Source: Hypanus sabinus
Lineage: Eukaryota
Reading direction: 5' to 3'
DNA length: 64,000 bases
NCBI RefSeq assembly: GCF_030144855.1
Contig: NC_082712.1
Span: 169,508,001 to 169,572,000 of the forward strand
Under the pieces are notes generated by a model that saw only the letters and a list, made by a program, of their open reading frames with translations, ran no database searches and was not told the DNA's origin. Positions 25,244-37,979 of this stretch are shown here, one piece after another (the first letter of the stretch is position 1; the number at the start of each line of letters is the position of its first letter). The position numbers and the translations under genes are program-made.

Positions 25244-25864
25244 TAACCTCCTATATGATCCACTAACAAATTCCTTATCACTACAGCTCGCCTCTTCTCC
25301 CTCCCTTCTCTTCTGAGTCATAGAATCAGACTCAGTGCCAAAGACTTGACCACTGTGACTTTCCAATGCTGGGTAACCCCCCCCCCCCCCAACTTCCAAC
25401 AGTATCCATAGTAGTATACCTGTTGTTGAAGGGGTTGGTTATGTACAGCTTTTTCGCCTTCCTTCGCAAATGCCTCTCATTGAATCCTCGAAGAGCGAAA
25501 GCCTCAATTAACCACTCCAACACTGCCCACTCCAACAAAGATTGCTCTGCTTGCCCAGCCTTATTTTTATCTGTTCCTGTCAATTGCTTCGAGCGACAAT
25601 TGGCCACTGCTCAAAACACAAAACAACTGTGAATTGATGTTATTTGTACTCAATTGGTGAACCTGAATGAGCTACGTCTTTGCTGCTTTTGTTCATTGAT
25701 TGGCTGCTGCTCAAAACACAAATCTGCTGCATCAATGCCTTAGGTTTCTTTCAGTCTTCCCTTTTTATGCCACTAATAATTTTACATACATCAATCCTCT
25801 TAACACTGTCTGCTTCAGTCTCCAGTCTTTGCTTATGCTGAATTGCTCTGTCCCAGGCAGTATC

Positions 25865-26560
25865 CATAAGAGATAGGAGCAGAATTAGTCCATTTGGTCC
25901 ATCAAGTCTGCTCTCCCATTCACTCATATCTAATCCTTTTTTCCCCTCTTCAGCCCCATTCCCCAGTGTTTTCCCTGTACCCTTTGATGCCATGGCCAAT
26001 CAAGAACCTATCAATCTCAGCCTTAAGTACATGCAATGACCTGGCCACCACAGCTGCCTTTGGTTACAAATGCCACAAATTCACCACCCTCTGACTAAAG
26101 AAATTATTCCACAACTTTGCTTTAAATGGATGCCCCTCTATCCTGAGGCTGCACCCTCTTATTCTAGACTCCTCCACCATGGGAAACATCCTTTCCACAT
26201 CTACTCTGTTTAAGTCTTCCATCATTCAAAAGGATTTACTGAGATAATTTCAGCAAGTACAGACCCAGAACCATCCAATGTTCCTCGCATGGTAACCCTT
26301 TCACTCCCGAAATTATCCTTGTGAACTTCCCCTGATCCTTCTCCGATGCCAGCATATCTTTTCTTAGATAAGGATCCCAAAATTGTTCACAATGCTCAAG
26401 GTGAGACCTCACCAGTACCTTGTATTACCTCAGTATTACATCCCTGCTTTTATATTCGAGACCTCATGAAATGAATGCTAACTTTGCATTTCCCTTCCTC
26501 ACCACTGACTCAATCTGAAAGTTAACATTTGGGGTGTTCTGCACAAAGAATCCCCAGTCC
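25865..26560 (-). mobile_element. CR1 3' fragment
   Basis: CATAAGAGATAGGAGCAGAATTAG.. (reverse of CR1 tail) and reverse RT C-terminal region. Confidence 0.85.
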
Positions 26561-26574
26561 TTCTGCATGCCTTG

Positions 26575-27302
26575 TCCATTTGTCCCTCCCCACTGGTTTC
26601 CCTCTTGGTCCTTATCCTTGCAAGCAAAATAAGTGCTACACCTGTCCCTACGTTTCCTCCCTCAGTACCATTCAAGGGCCTAAACAGTCCTTTCAGGTGA
26701 GGTGACACCTTACCTGTGAGTCTGTTGGGGTCATTGCTGTGCTCAGTACTCCTGGTGTGGCCTCTTGTTTATCAGTGAGACCCACCTTCTTGGTCCACCA
26801 GACCAAGAAGGATCTTGCAGTAGCCACCCATTTTAATTCCGCTTCCCATTCCCATTCCGATATGTCCATCCATGGTGTCCTCCACTGTTGTGATGAGGCC
26901 CTACTTAGGTTAGAGGAATAACACCTTATATTCCACTTGGGTAACCTGATGGCATGAGCATCTATTTCTCAAGCTTCTGGTAATGACCCCCCACCCCCCT
27001 CCTTCACCATTTCCCTCCTTTTTTTCCTCTCTCACCTTGTCTCCTTGCCCACCCATCGCCTCCTCTGGTGCTGCTCTGCCCCTTTTTCTTTCTTCCATGG
27101 CCTTACCACCTGGTGTTTCTCTCTCTTCCCCACCCCCCACCTTTTACTCCTCAGCTTTTTTTCTCCAGTCCTGCTGAAGGGTTTTGGCCCTGAAACGTTG
27201 ACTGTACTTTATTCCATAGATGTTGCCTGGCCTGCTGAGTTCCTCCAGTATTTTGTGTGTGTTGCTCGGATTTCCAGCATCTGCAGATTTTTTTCTTGTT
27301 TG
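26575..27302 (+). mobile_element. Penelope-like element 3' portion
   Basis: PYPCKQNKCYTCP, DLAVATHFNSASHSHSDM..LRLEE; terminal CAGTCCTGCTGAAGGGTTTTGGCCCTGAAACGTTGACTG. Confidence 0.88.
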
Positions 27303-27319
27303 TAATCCTCTCTGCTCCT

Positions 27320-27810
27320 GTATTCAGTGCCATGACTAATGAAGACCTGTATCCTTTATGTCTTGATAGCCACCTGCTTTCACCTTCAAGAATCTTTTCA
27401 TTTACATGCTAAGGTACTTTTGTTCCTTAACACGCTTTAGAGCCAAATTATGCATTGCACATTACAAATACTAACCTTTTTGGAACACAGCTTGTTATAG
27501 GCATCCAATCACAAAAACAGTCATGTACAATCACCCTCTGACTCCTATTTTCAAGCCAGTCATGGATCTAGTTTGCTAATTTAATCTGGATCCAATGGAT
27601 CTACCCTTTTGTACCAATCTGCAATGTTACATCTTGTTGAAAGTCTTACTGAAGTCCATGTATACTGCATTTGCTGTACTGCACTCATCAGTATATATCA
27701 TCACCTCAGATTGGTTAGACCAGATCTGCTTTGACAACTCATGTGACTAGCTCCAGAATTTTAATCATGCCCCTCAGATTTTTTTCCAACTTTCCCATTA
27801 ATGTAATATC
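27320..27810 (-). mobile_element. Old CR1 RT fragments
   Basis: TTGAAAGTCTTACTGAAGTCCATGTATACTGC is the reverse of AVYMDFSKTF. Confidence 0.6.
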
Positions 27811-28384
27811 TCAGCTATAAAAGGACACTTCTGACAAAGTTGCACCTCTGTACTGTTCAGACAAAATTATGATTTTCAGTCTTATCGTGGGGTCTGAATT
27901 CATATTCCTTAGATATGGCAATGTGATTATCACAAAGTAAAACTGTTCTTGCCCCATAACAAATTGAAAATAAATAATAAGATTTGGAGAAAACACAACT
28001 GCATGCTATATAAGAAGTCATAAACTTTTCATTAAATTGCTATTGAATTGTGATTTACTGCAGTAATATTGTTTGATTGCATTGTGTTAATACTCATTTA
28101 ATAGTTCACCTACTGTACGAATTTGGATTGGTATTTGTCATCTTTATCTCTGAGGTTTCTTGAGAGTGATAATTTGAAAACTTTGACAGATTTGTGAATT
28201 ATTACTCCAACAGTTGATAAGTCTGTCAAATATAGGTTTGTTAATTTACATAAAGACATGTCAATGCTGATCGTTTTATCTGTCAGTGCCTGCAGTCTAT
28301 AACAATGCCCTCATCAACATTTTCTGGAACTTCGGAATAATGCCATTTATACTAGTTATCTTAACCCATTCCTCAGTTTGAATA

Positions 28385-29336
28385 CAGGCAGTCCCCGGGT
28401 TACGTATGAGTTCCGTTCCTGAGTCTGTCTTTAAGTCGGATTTGTACGGTAGTTGGAACAAGTACATTCGGTATTATTTGGCATCAGTTAGTCAAACGTT
28501 TGTCTTAGTATATAGTATATATTTTACCTTCCTATGCATATAAAACACTTAAGAAATGTATGTATTCCAATAATTAAACCACTGTATTGCTTAGTAATAA
28601 TTGTAGCTTTCATCGGGGCAGCACCTTTCACATGCTCCATTATTCTCACTTTATCTATTATCCTTTAAAATTGTTCCAATCTTTGACCAACTGTACCCTA
28701 ACGCTTTTCCAATGACTGATGGTGTTTCACCTGTTTCCAAACGCTTTATTATTTCCACTTTATTTTCAATTGTGATCACTTGCCCTCAATGGAACAGAAA
28801 CACTGCGGGCGGCAGGTCCCGAGCTCCGTTGGGTCCTGAGGACCATTGCATTGAGACAGGCTAAATGGGACAAGTGGGGGCTGTGCTGGGTTTGGGTATT
28901 TGATCATCCACAATATTCTGCGTGGGAATTTAAACTGGAGGTGGCAGTTTTTTTTTATATGAGGTCGAGTTGTGAGCTCGACATCAACCCAAGACAGATG
29001 GTATGGGAGTCACTGGATCGACATCAACCCGGCACGGGAACGGTCTATCACTGGATCGAACTCGGGAAACACCTTTCTCTAGCCCAGAGCTGATCTCACT
29101 GTGCCACCAGTCGACCGGAACGGCGGCGGGGGCGGGGGGTGCGGGCAGGCTCAGGGTGAATCTTAGTAAGAAAAATTTAAGCCAAATACAAAGTTAAACA
29201 CAAAATTCAATGGCAACAACTTAAAATGGCGGACGGCATTGCGATCCGACTTAAAACAGCAGACAGCATTCTCCTTCCTCTGTTCATATGTACGAGTTGT
29301 CTGTAAGTCGGACGTTCGTAACTTGGGGACTGCCTG
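28385..29336 (-). mobile_element. Tigger/pogo-derived non-autonomous DNA transposon, copy 1
   Basis: TA-CAGGCAGTCCCCGGGTTACG ... CGTAACTTGGGGACTGCCTG-TA TIRs with TA TSD; reverse CENP-B-type HTH remnant at ~28630-28790. Confidence 0.9.
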
Positions 29337-30561
29337 TATTTAAATTTCCATTCTTGCATCCTTTATTGGTGATCTTATGACGTAGAAATTGAACATTCAT
29401 TTTCTATTTATTCATTATCAATGTAGTTGCCAGGTAGATCTAATTTTATGGCTACTTGAGAGCTGAAATTCACTGTTTTTTGTTTTACACTGAGCTCTAA
29501 ATAAGTTATCAGTTTCTAAATGACCCAGCTCATGGATGAGGTGCAGGAGAGGACAGGGCAGGGCAGAAACGGTTTATTGAGTGCAGTACATATATTTAAA
29601 AGGCACATTTGAGGTTTAAAAATACCTTTTGCAACTTGTGGAAGTATAGATCCCAAGTACATTGACAATTGGGTTCATTATCATTAAAATTTGTTCCTGG
29701 AGCATTTTGCAATTTCAGATCACAAAATCTTTATACATTCCATCACACCTGTGCCTGTGATCACTCTTTTAGTTGAATGTGTCAGCTTTGATTTCCAATT
29801 TCCAGCATTTTACATATGTTTTCCCTTTTTAAAGATTTGTCCCATCCTACTTTTAACTACAGTAAATATGAATATTTTTGAAATTCTCAGCTCATTGGAG
29901 AAGACCCAGTTTTGTGTATTACAGCTCAGTGCATTTAATCAAGCAAGGCTAGCAAAAATGTAGATTATATATTTTTAAAAAACTGTTTTAGCCTAAGTGT
30001 ACTAGGCTGTGTTTATATTCATCTTCTTCAAAAGAGCATCTTTGAAATAACATCAGCTCCAATTTTTTTACCATCTATTCTCTGTGGCTGCTGGAATTTC
30101 ATGTCTTATCAGCGTCAGGATTTGTTCATTGAGGTGGTGCTTTGCTGTATTCTGAAGGCCATCAAGGACGGCTAATAAATGCAGTGCTTCTGAGAATCAC
30201 CTTCACAGGACAAAAATGCAAAAAAGGTTGCTGAGGTGATTCTTATCACAAAAAAATGAGTTGATACTGCATATGTTACAGTTTTAATACTTCATTATGT
30301 GCTCTCAAGAAAAGATAAGTATTTGGAAAATGTGGAACACTTTTAGTTCCTCCCTACCTCATCTGATAGTGTTGCAGTCACTACAATGTTAATGCAGACA
30401 GGAAATACGACTGTGTTCACCTGATGAAGAATAATGTCAAATTCCCCTTGGAGACAACTGAGCTCCATCTTGTCTTTACTTGAGGGTTGCACACATCCTT
30501 TCTATCAGAAGTCATTTGAAAAACATGTAGGAGTCTGAAGGGATTTATTTATTTTGCACAT

Positions 30562-30708
30562 ATTTTTGATATGTTAATATTCATACACATCTTTTCTGAT
30601 TTTGAAGTTAAAAAAATTATTTTCCAAAGTCGCGTATTACTTTTGATATGTTAATATGCATACCCATCTTTTTTTGTTTTGAAGTTTTAAAAAATATTTT
30701 CCGAAGTC
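30562..30708. repeat. Tandem duplication, ~79-bp unit x2
   Basis: TTTTTGATATGTTAATAT(T/G)CATAC(A/C)CATCTTTT...TTTTCC(A/G)AAGTC occurs twice. Confidence 0.85.
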
Positions 30709-31339
30709 CATTGTTTGAGATAGGCACCAAATTTATAGCTGTTTTTCAATTGTGCTTGTGCCTGTGTGAAGATTTATTATGCTCCTTTGTCAAGCATTAA
30801 TACACAAAGGTCTGTGGAGCTTGAAGCAAAAGATTTTAAAACTTAACCAGTCTTATTTTTAATTTCAAAATCTTGCCTGAAGAAATCATGAGCACCTGAT
30901 TTGGAATCATTTGCCCAGTATGAACCAATTAAATGAGAACTGAAACACAGTTGGCTTTGCTTATTGCAGTAATAGTCATCATTTGCTTGAGCCCTCCAGC
31001 TGCTTACTAAAATGCTTGTAAGGCAAGCATATAGCAGCAATAACATCATTATAGAGGACATTGTAGTCATTATGAGACTGCTGGTGTCTATTATCTTCTG
31101 CAGCTTAGTGATGATGAATAATAAATGCCGAGAGCTAATGATTGCAACAACGTATGAGCAAAATCAACCATCTTTCATTGAGAAGCTTTGGTAACTTTGC
31201 ATTTCAGGTTGCAACAGACTGTGAATTTTGTTCAATAATTGTTAAAAAATAAATATAATGTGTAATTCTGAACTTTAAATGTAATTTTTGAGTAGTTCGG
31301 CTGTAGGTTGGCTGAAAATTATGTTGTTCACCTTGAGTG

Positions 31340-31642
31340 TCAAGGTAGCACAGCAGTTAGCACAATTGCCTTACATTGCCAGCAATTACTAATTCCCGCT
31401 GCTGTTATAAGGAGTTTGTACATTCTCCCTGTGAATCTGCGGATTTCCTCTTGGTGCTCTGGTTGCCTCCCACATTCCAGAGACATATGGTTAGGATTAC
31501 TGAGTTGTGGGCATGCTATGTTGGCACCAGAAGCATGGTAACATGTGTGGGTTGCCCTCAGCACAATCCTTGCATTGTGTTGGTTGTTGATGCAAAATGA
31601 TGTATTTCACTATGTTTCAATGTACGTGTGACAAATAAAGCT
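31340..31642 (+). mobile_element. V-SINE (HE1-like), near full length
   Basis: tRNA-like head GTAGCACAGCAGTTAGCACAA, V-domain GGAGTTTGTACATTCTCCCTGTG..CCTCCCACATTCC, tail GTGACAAATAAAGC. Confidence 0.8.
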
Positions 31643-31894
31643 TCTTTTAGAATGTGCAACAACTTGTACCTTATTCTTGGGTATTTCCATAGTATTGTGG
31701 AAAATTTAGTTCCATTGTGATTTCATGGATAATGAGGTCGGCATGGAAACTGCAGTATTTTTTCCACAGATGGGTGATGGTTTATACCTGATGCATACCC
31801 TCAAGATAATTCCTCTGTTAGGTTGTCATGGAGAAGATATTTCCTGATATTTGCATATATTCAAGGAGGTCTTGTGTACATAATACACAATTGA

Positions 31895-32510
31895 TTTATG
31901 GCCTTCATAAATCAAAATATTAAGTACAGGAGTTGGGATGTTATGTTGAAGTTGTATAACTTGTTGGTGAGGCCTGGTGTGGAGTATTGTGTGCAGTTCT
32001 GGTCACCTACCTACAGGAAAATTATCACCAAGATTGAAAGAGTACAGTGCAGAGCAGATTTACAAGGATGTTGCCAGGATTTGAGGCTCCAAGTTATAGG
32101 GAATGGTTAAATAGATTTGGATGCTATATCCTGGATTGTAGGAAAAGTGAGAGGAGATTTGCTAGAGATATATAAAATTATGAGTGGTATAGACAGGGCA
32201 AATGCAAGCAGGTATTTGGGTGAGACACTAAAACTAGAGGTCATGGGTTAAGGCTAAAAGGTGAAATCTGCAATAACAACCAGAGGGGGAATCTTCATTC
32301 AGAGGGTGGTGAGAGTGTGAAATGTGCTGCCAGCAGAAATGGTGGATGTGGGTTCGATTCCAACATTAAAGAGAAGTTTGGATGGGAGATGTATGGAGAG
32401 TCAGGGTCTACCAGGTGAAGGTTGATGGAACTAGGGAGAATAATAATTTGGCACAGTCGAAATGGGCTGACGGGCCTGGTTCTTTGCTGCAGTGCTCTGA
32501 ATTTATGATA
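31895..32510 (+). mobile_element. CR1 3' fragment
   Basis: MLKLYNLLVRPGVEYCVQFWSP. Confidence 0.85.
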
Positions 32511-32727
32511 TTCTTGAACTTTTTCATCAGTCTTCCTAGTAAACCCTTCTCGTGATAGGACTAGGACAAGTGTCAGTTTTGGAAGTCTGGGTGTCAAGTA
32601 CATGAGCCTGCAGTGTGAGAGTAGGGCCTCAATGCTGAAGATTTTGGCCCAGGAGAAGACAATGATATTGGGTTGCTTGTTCTTTCAGTAAAGTTAGAGG
32701 CTTTTGTGGAAATTATGATTATCATTT

Positions 32728-33140
32728 TCAAATTCAGGTTTATTATTACTGACATACGTTGTGAAATTAGTTATTCTGTGGCAGCAGTATAGTACAAGGC
32801 AAAAATTTCTTTAAGTTACAAATAAAAAATAGCAAAGGAATGCAAAAGAGGAATAGTGAGGGAGTGGTCATGGACCGTTCTGAAATCTTATGGTGGAGGG
32901 GAAGAAGCCATTCCTAAAATATGAGTATTAATGTGCTGGGTCTAAGATAGATCCTGTGATGTGTTGATACCCGGGAACTGGAAGCTGCTCATCCTTTCCA
33001 CTGCCCACCCCTCAGTATGGACTGGTGTGCGTTTTTCTGACGTCCCTTCCCTGAAGTCCACAATCAATTCCTTGGTCTTGTTGATGTTGAATGCATGTTG
33101 TTGTTGCAACGCCACTCAACCAGCCATTCTATCTCAATCC
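32728..33140 (-). mobile_element. Rex1/Babar LINE fragments with 3' tail
   Basis: TTCAGGTTTATTATTACTGACATA tail; reverse INKTKELIVDFREG..FQFPGIN. Confidence 0.7.
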
Positions 33141-33384
33141 AGTCCCCTAAGGTATCTGCTTTGGAAAGTTCAAGTTCCAGAAATACTTGGATGAAGGAAC
33201 TGAAGAGACATCCTAAAAGATCTTGATTTTCAAATATACATAGCTTCCTCTATAATGTATGGGAAAATACAACATTATGCAACCTGTTTAATTACAACCT
33301 GACCTGCTTGGACATGTCTTCCTACTCTGTATTGTGCAATTCCCATATTCTTTTATCCATATGCTCACTTTTAAGCTACTTCAT

Positions 33385-34090
33385 TGATCCTGGGATTACA
33401 AATCCATAGTTCTTTGAAAGTGGCATCTCAGGTAGATCGGGTCCTTGAGAGAGATTTCGGCATTTTGGCCTTCATAAATTATGGCATTGAATACAGGTGT
33501 TGGTATGTTATGTTGCAGCTATATTAGACTTCAGTGAGGGTGAATCTGCATATTGCATGCAGTTCTGGTCACCTATAGATACATGCAGAAAAGATATCAA
33601 TTAGCTTGGAAGAGTGTAGAGAAAATGTGCAAGAATGTATCAGGCCTTGAGAACCTGAGTTAGAGAGAAAAGTTGAATAGGTTGGGACTTTTTCCCCGGG
33701 CACATAGGAGAATAAGAGGAGATTTGACAGAGGTACACAATTTATGAGTGGTAAGATAAGGTTAATGTAAGCTCTTTTCATTAAGGTTGGGTGAGACAAG
33801 AACTAAAGATCATGGGTTTAAAGTGAAAGGTGAAACATTTAAGGGGGACCTGAGGGGAACTTCTTCACTCAGAAGATGTTGTGGGTGTGGAAAAGGCTGC
33901 TAGCAGAAGTAATAGATGCAGGTTTAATTGCAACATTTAAGAGAAGTTTGGATAGGTACATAGATAAAGAGGGGAATGTAAGATTGTGATCTGGGTACAT
34001 GTAGGTGGGACGAAGCAGAGTAAAAGGTTGGCATGGACTAGGTTGACTGAAGGACCTGTTTCTGTCCTATACTGCTCTATGACTATGATT
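33385..34090 (+). mobile_element. CR1 3' fragment
   Basis: Reads as ..YCMQFWSP..; tail CTCTATGACTATG. Confidence 0.8.
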
Positions 34091-34274
34091 CATCGACCAC
34101 ATAAATTTGTTTACAATTTATCCCCTAGGTCACTGCATCAAAAACATTCTTCTCTACCCTCCTTGCAACTTAATGACCTTGTCTCCTTCCCAATTCTAAT
34201 CAGGTGGCTTCAACCTGAAACATTCATGCATTTTCTGTTCTTACTGTGTATTTTCAGCATTTTAATTTTTATTC

Positions 34275-34980
34275 TAGATTTCTAAAAGGCATTTGATAAG
34301 GTGGCAGACCAGTGGTTACTGTGGAAAATAAAAGCATATCGCATAGGGTGGAAGATAGGCTGGCCAGAAAAAGACATAATGGATGAAGATACTTTTAATA
34401 AATGGGTCTTTTTCAGATTGAAAGAGTGAAATAAATGAAATGCAACAGGAATTGCTGTTGTGGTCAGGTTTTGTTAGAATTTATATGAATAACAGATGAA
34501 AGCACTGAAGAGATAGTTGCTACATTTGCTGATGACACAGAGATAGGGAAGTAAGCAGCAAAAAGGCCATGAGAAGACTTCAAAAGGATACAGATGAGTT
34601 GTGCAAGTATATAGTTTGGCAAATGGAGCTTGGCAGGAAAAATTTAAAAGTATGAGCTAATGTATGAGCTGTTATATGGTTATATGGGTTATGGGCTGAG
34701 TGCAGGTTGGTGGGACTAGGGGAGAGTAAGCGTTCGGCACGGACTAGAAGGGCCGAGATGGCCTGTTTCCATGCTGTAATTGTTATATGGTTATAATTAT
34801 CTAAATGCTGAGAAATTGCAGAACTTTGAGATGCAGAGAGATCTGGGTTTCCTTGTACACGATTTTCAGATTGCCAATATTACAGAATGTCATTTGCATG
34901 CATCTCCCCTAGCAATAAGAAAAAAAAGATTATACTTCATTTGTGTCAGGCATTGGTACAGTTGCATCTGGAATGCATGA
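34275..34980 (+). mobile_element. Old CR1 RT fragment containing a short young CR1 3' end (~34670-34795)
   Basis: DF*KAFDKV, FADDT and QRDLGFLV remnants; insert ends TGTTATATGGTTATA. Confidence 0.7.
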
Positions 34981-35094
34981 AACAACCTCCATGCATGTCT
35001 ATGTTTCAGCTTGGCTAACTATATACTCTTCTAGATAGAAGACAGCTCCTCTTCAAGGTAGCTGATAGCTAATGACTACCACTGAGGTATAAAA

Positions 35095-35325
35095 CCATGT
35101 GACCTGAGAACTGAATCAGGCCATTTGGCCCATTGAGCCTTCTTTGCCATTCCACCATGGCTGATTTATTATCCTCCTTTCTTCTCCCCACAATCTTTGA
35201 CACCCTTACTAATCAAGAACCTACCTATCAACCTCTACCTGATGACTTACCCTCTACATTAGTCTGTGGCAATGAATTTCACACATTCACCACCGTCTGG
35301 TTAAAGAAGTTCCTCCTCATCTCAG
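35095..35325 (-). mobile_element. CR1 3' end
   Basis: GGCCATTTGGCCCATTGAG..TTCCACCATGGCTGATTT..GAAGTTCCTCCTCATCTC. Confidence 0.8.
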
Positions 35326-35624
35326 TGGAAACGCCAGAATTGTCAGCACAGCCGTCTATGTCCTCTGGATGAAGCGACAGACATACCCACGTTCCAGATT
35401 TGGATCCAATAGTTCTGCATCAAATTTCTTGTTACTTTAATTTACCTTCAAGATTACAGGTGATTATAGCACTTGAGAAGTCACAAATGTAGAAATAATA
35501 TGCAAAGTGAATGTCATTTTATATACTTGTTAAGAATAACTATGTAACTGAAATCAGGGCCAAGTTTTATGATCTTCATTCCAACTACACATCGGCAAAT
35601 GATATCTCTTTGTTTTTGACAGTA

Positions 35625-36586
35625 CAGGTAGTCCCCGAGTTACGAACATCCGACTTACAGACAACTTGTATTTACTAACCGAGGAAGGAGAACACTGTCT
35701 GCCATTTTAAGTCAGATCGTGAAGCCGTCCACCATTTTAAGTCAGATCGCGACGCCGTCCGCCATTTTAAGTTGTTGCCATTGACACTGTGTTGAGTGTT
35801 TAACATTGTATTTGGCTTAAATTTTTCTTAGTAAGATTTACCCTGACCCCGCCCCCTTCCCCTGTTCCGGTCAGCTGGTGGCACAGTGAGATCAGCAAGT
35901 TCGATCCAGTGACAGATCGCTCCCATGCCGGGTTGATGTCGATCCAATGATTCCCGTACCATCCATGCCGGGTTGATGCCGAGCTCACAACTCGACTTCA
36001 TAAAAAAAAAACACTGCCACCTCCAGTTTAAATACCCACGCGGAATATTGTGGAGGAACAAATACCCAAACCCAGCACAGCCCCCACTTGTCCCATTTAG
36101 CCTGTCTCAGTGTGGTGGTTGTTAGGACCCAGCAGACTTCGGGAGCCAGCGGGGCTTGGGACCCGCCACTCGCAGTGTTTCTGTTCCATTGACGGGAAGC
36201 AATTGCGATTGAAAATAAAGTGGAAATAATAAAGTGTTTGGAAAGAGTTGAAACGCCATCAGTCATTGGAAAAGCGTTAGGCTATATTCAGTCAACGATC
36301 AGAACAATTTTAAAGGATAACGAATAAAGTGAGAATAAAGGAGCATGTGAAACGCCCTGCCCCGATGAAAGCTACAATTATTACCGAGCAAGGCAGTGGT
36401 TTAATTATTGGAATACATACGTTTCTTAAGTGTTTTATATGCTTAGAAGGGTAAAATGTATACTAAGACAAACGCTTGACGAACTGACACTAAATAATAC
36501 TGGATGTACTTGTTCCGACTTACGTACAAATCCGACTTAAAGACGGACTCAGGAGTGGAAGTCGTATGTAACCCGGGGACTGCCTG
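35625..36586 (+). mobile_element. Tigger/pogo-derived non-autonomous DNA transposon, copy 2
   Basis: TA-CAGGTAGTCCCCGAGTTACG ... GTAACCCGGGGACTGCCTG; ~36195-36320 encodes AIAIENKVEIIKCLERVETPSVIGKALGYIQSTIRTILKD (CENP-B N-terminal HTH). Reverse complement of copy 1. Confidence 0.9.
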
Positions 36587-37979
36587 TGTAAAACAAGTGC
36601 AATCCATCTTGTGGCAAACGGGATTTACAAGAGAATACCTTGGAGGAAATGAAGGAGACCAATGTTCCCAGTAAATACATCGTCATCTTGGTGCTTTATG
36701 TACAGTATTGGTTTCTTATTTAATGAAGGATGCTTCTGTGATGGAGACAATTCAGAGGAGGTTTTCTGGACAAATTCCCAGAATGTATGTTGCCTTCATT
36801 GCTCTGGTGGAATTAGCTATAATATTATTAAGTAAAATAGGTGTGAGGGTGAAGTGATCTACCCAGCACCTAATTTATATTAGATGATTGCAGGAGAAAA
36901 TGGGATGATCCAAAGTTAGGTAGATATGGTTGATTTCAACCCTATTCTTAATTTTATTTTTGAAAGAAGGTATTTAGGTTAGACGTATGAGCAAGGTAAG
37001 TTGCATACTATAAGGTGATAAGATGCTCAAATGGGGCAGGACAAGTAGAAATGGGTATGAATTCCAATAACAGAGAATGTTGTCTTGCTTCACCTTTGTT
37101 TTATGTATGACGAAGTTGTAAACTTGATTGAAAGTTTCGGGAGGTTGAAACTGTTCATTCACATTGAAGATATGGACTGATTTTATAGTGTGTTAAATTT
37201 TTGAGGCAGGGAATGAAGAAGACAAATTTGAAAAGTAAGTGGCCTGTTACTGCAAGGTGGTCACCATTTATAATGTCAATAAATTAAACAAATTGACTTG
37301 GATAATAGTAAAATATCACAGTATATTCTACAAATTAAAATAATGACTACAATTAAATTCTGTTCAGCAGTGATACTTGGAGTGGGTGAGATTACATTCT
37401 CTTTCTCAGTGAAAAGTAATTGATGAATGACATTTCAAGGTGGATCTGCCAGATTATCATATCAAAAATTATCTGTATCCTCTAGTTTGTCAATGGCATT
37501 TTAATGGACTGCTACTTATCCTCCATAGATCTTATGTTGTGAACTGCAAAAGATTATGAAAATAACTATGAGAACCCAATTGAGTTTTCCTCGAAACCAC
37601 AATCAGCTGAACAGTGATATACTGATTTTCATCTTTGTGATAGTTTTATGCCAGAAACAATGAATGAATCCAATTAAATTCATTGTATAACAATAATTTG
37701 ATATAGAACACTAATTTGCTGAGCACCAGTGAGGAGAGTTTGAACAGTAATTTAATCAACTGTTCAAACTCAAACTCTTTGTTCAGCTCTGCAGTATATA
37801 CTTTGAAGTAAAAGCAAACTGCTGGAAACATTCAGTAGGTCAGGTAACACCTTTGGAGAGTGAAACAATGTTAATTTTTCAGGATGGTCATTTTTAAACG
37901 AGAAAACAAATCATGAATTGTTGCTGTTGACTAGTACTACAACTGACCATTGTTGGATTTTATTCTAATTATATTTGCT

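Larger units (their letters stand above)
14490..25750 (-). mobile_element. Fragmented CR1 LINE hosting the nested cluster (pieces ~14490-14638, 15141-16835, 21611-21900, 25245-25750)
   Basis: 3' end at ~14490; RT pieces such as VKSPGSDKVF and EYKKCKKTL; ORF1-like NNRYTTMDTVG and 5' UTR-like sequence at 25330-25750. Sequence is collinear across the inserts. Assigning the 25.2-25.7 kb piece to the same copy is inference. Confidence 0.7.

Noticed and set aside
31108-31190. C/D box snoRNA (RTGATGA at 31108-31117)
   Set aside because: No canonical CTGA D box with a terminal stem at a suitable distance.
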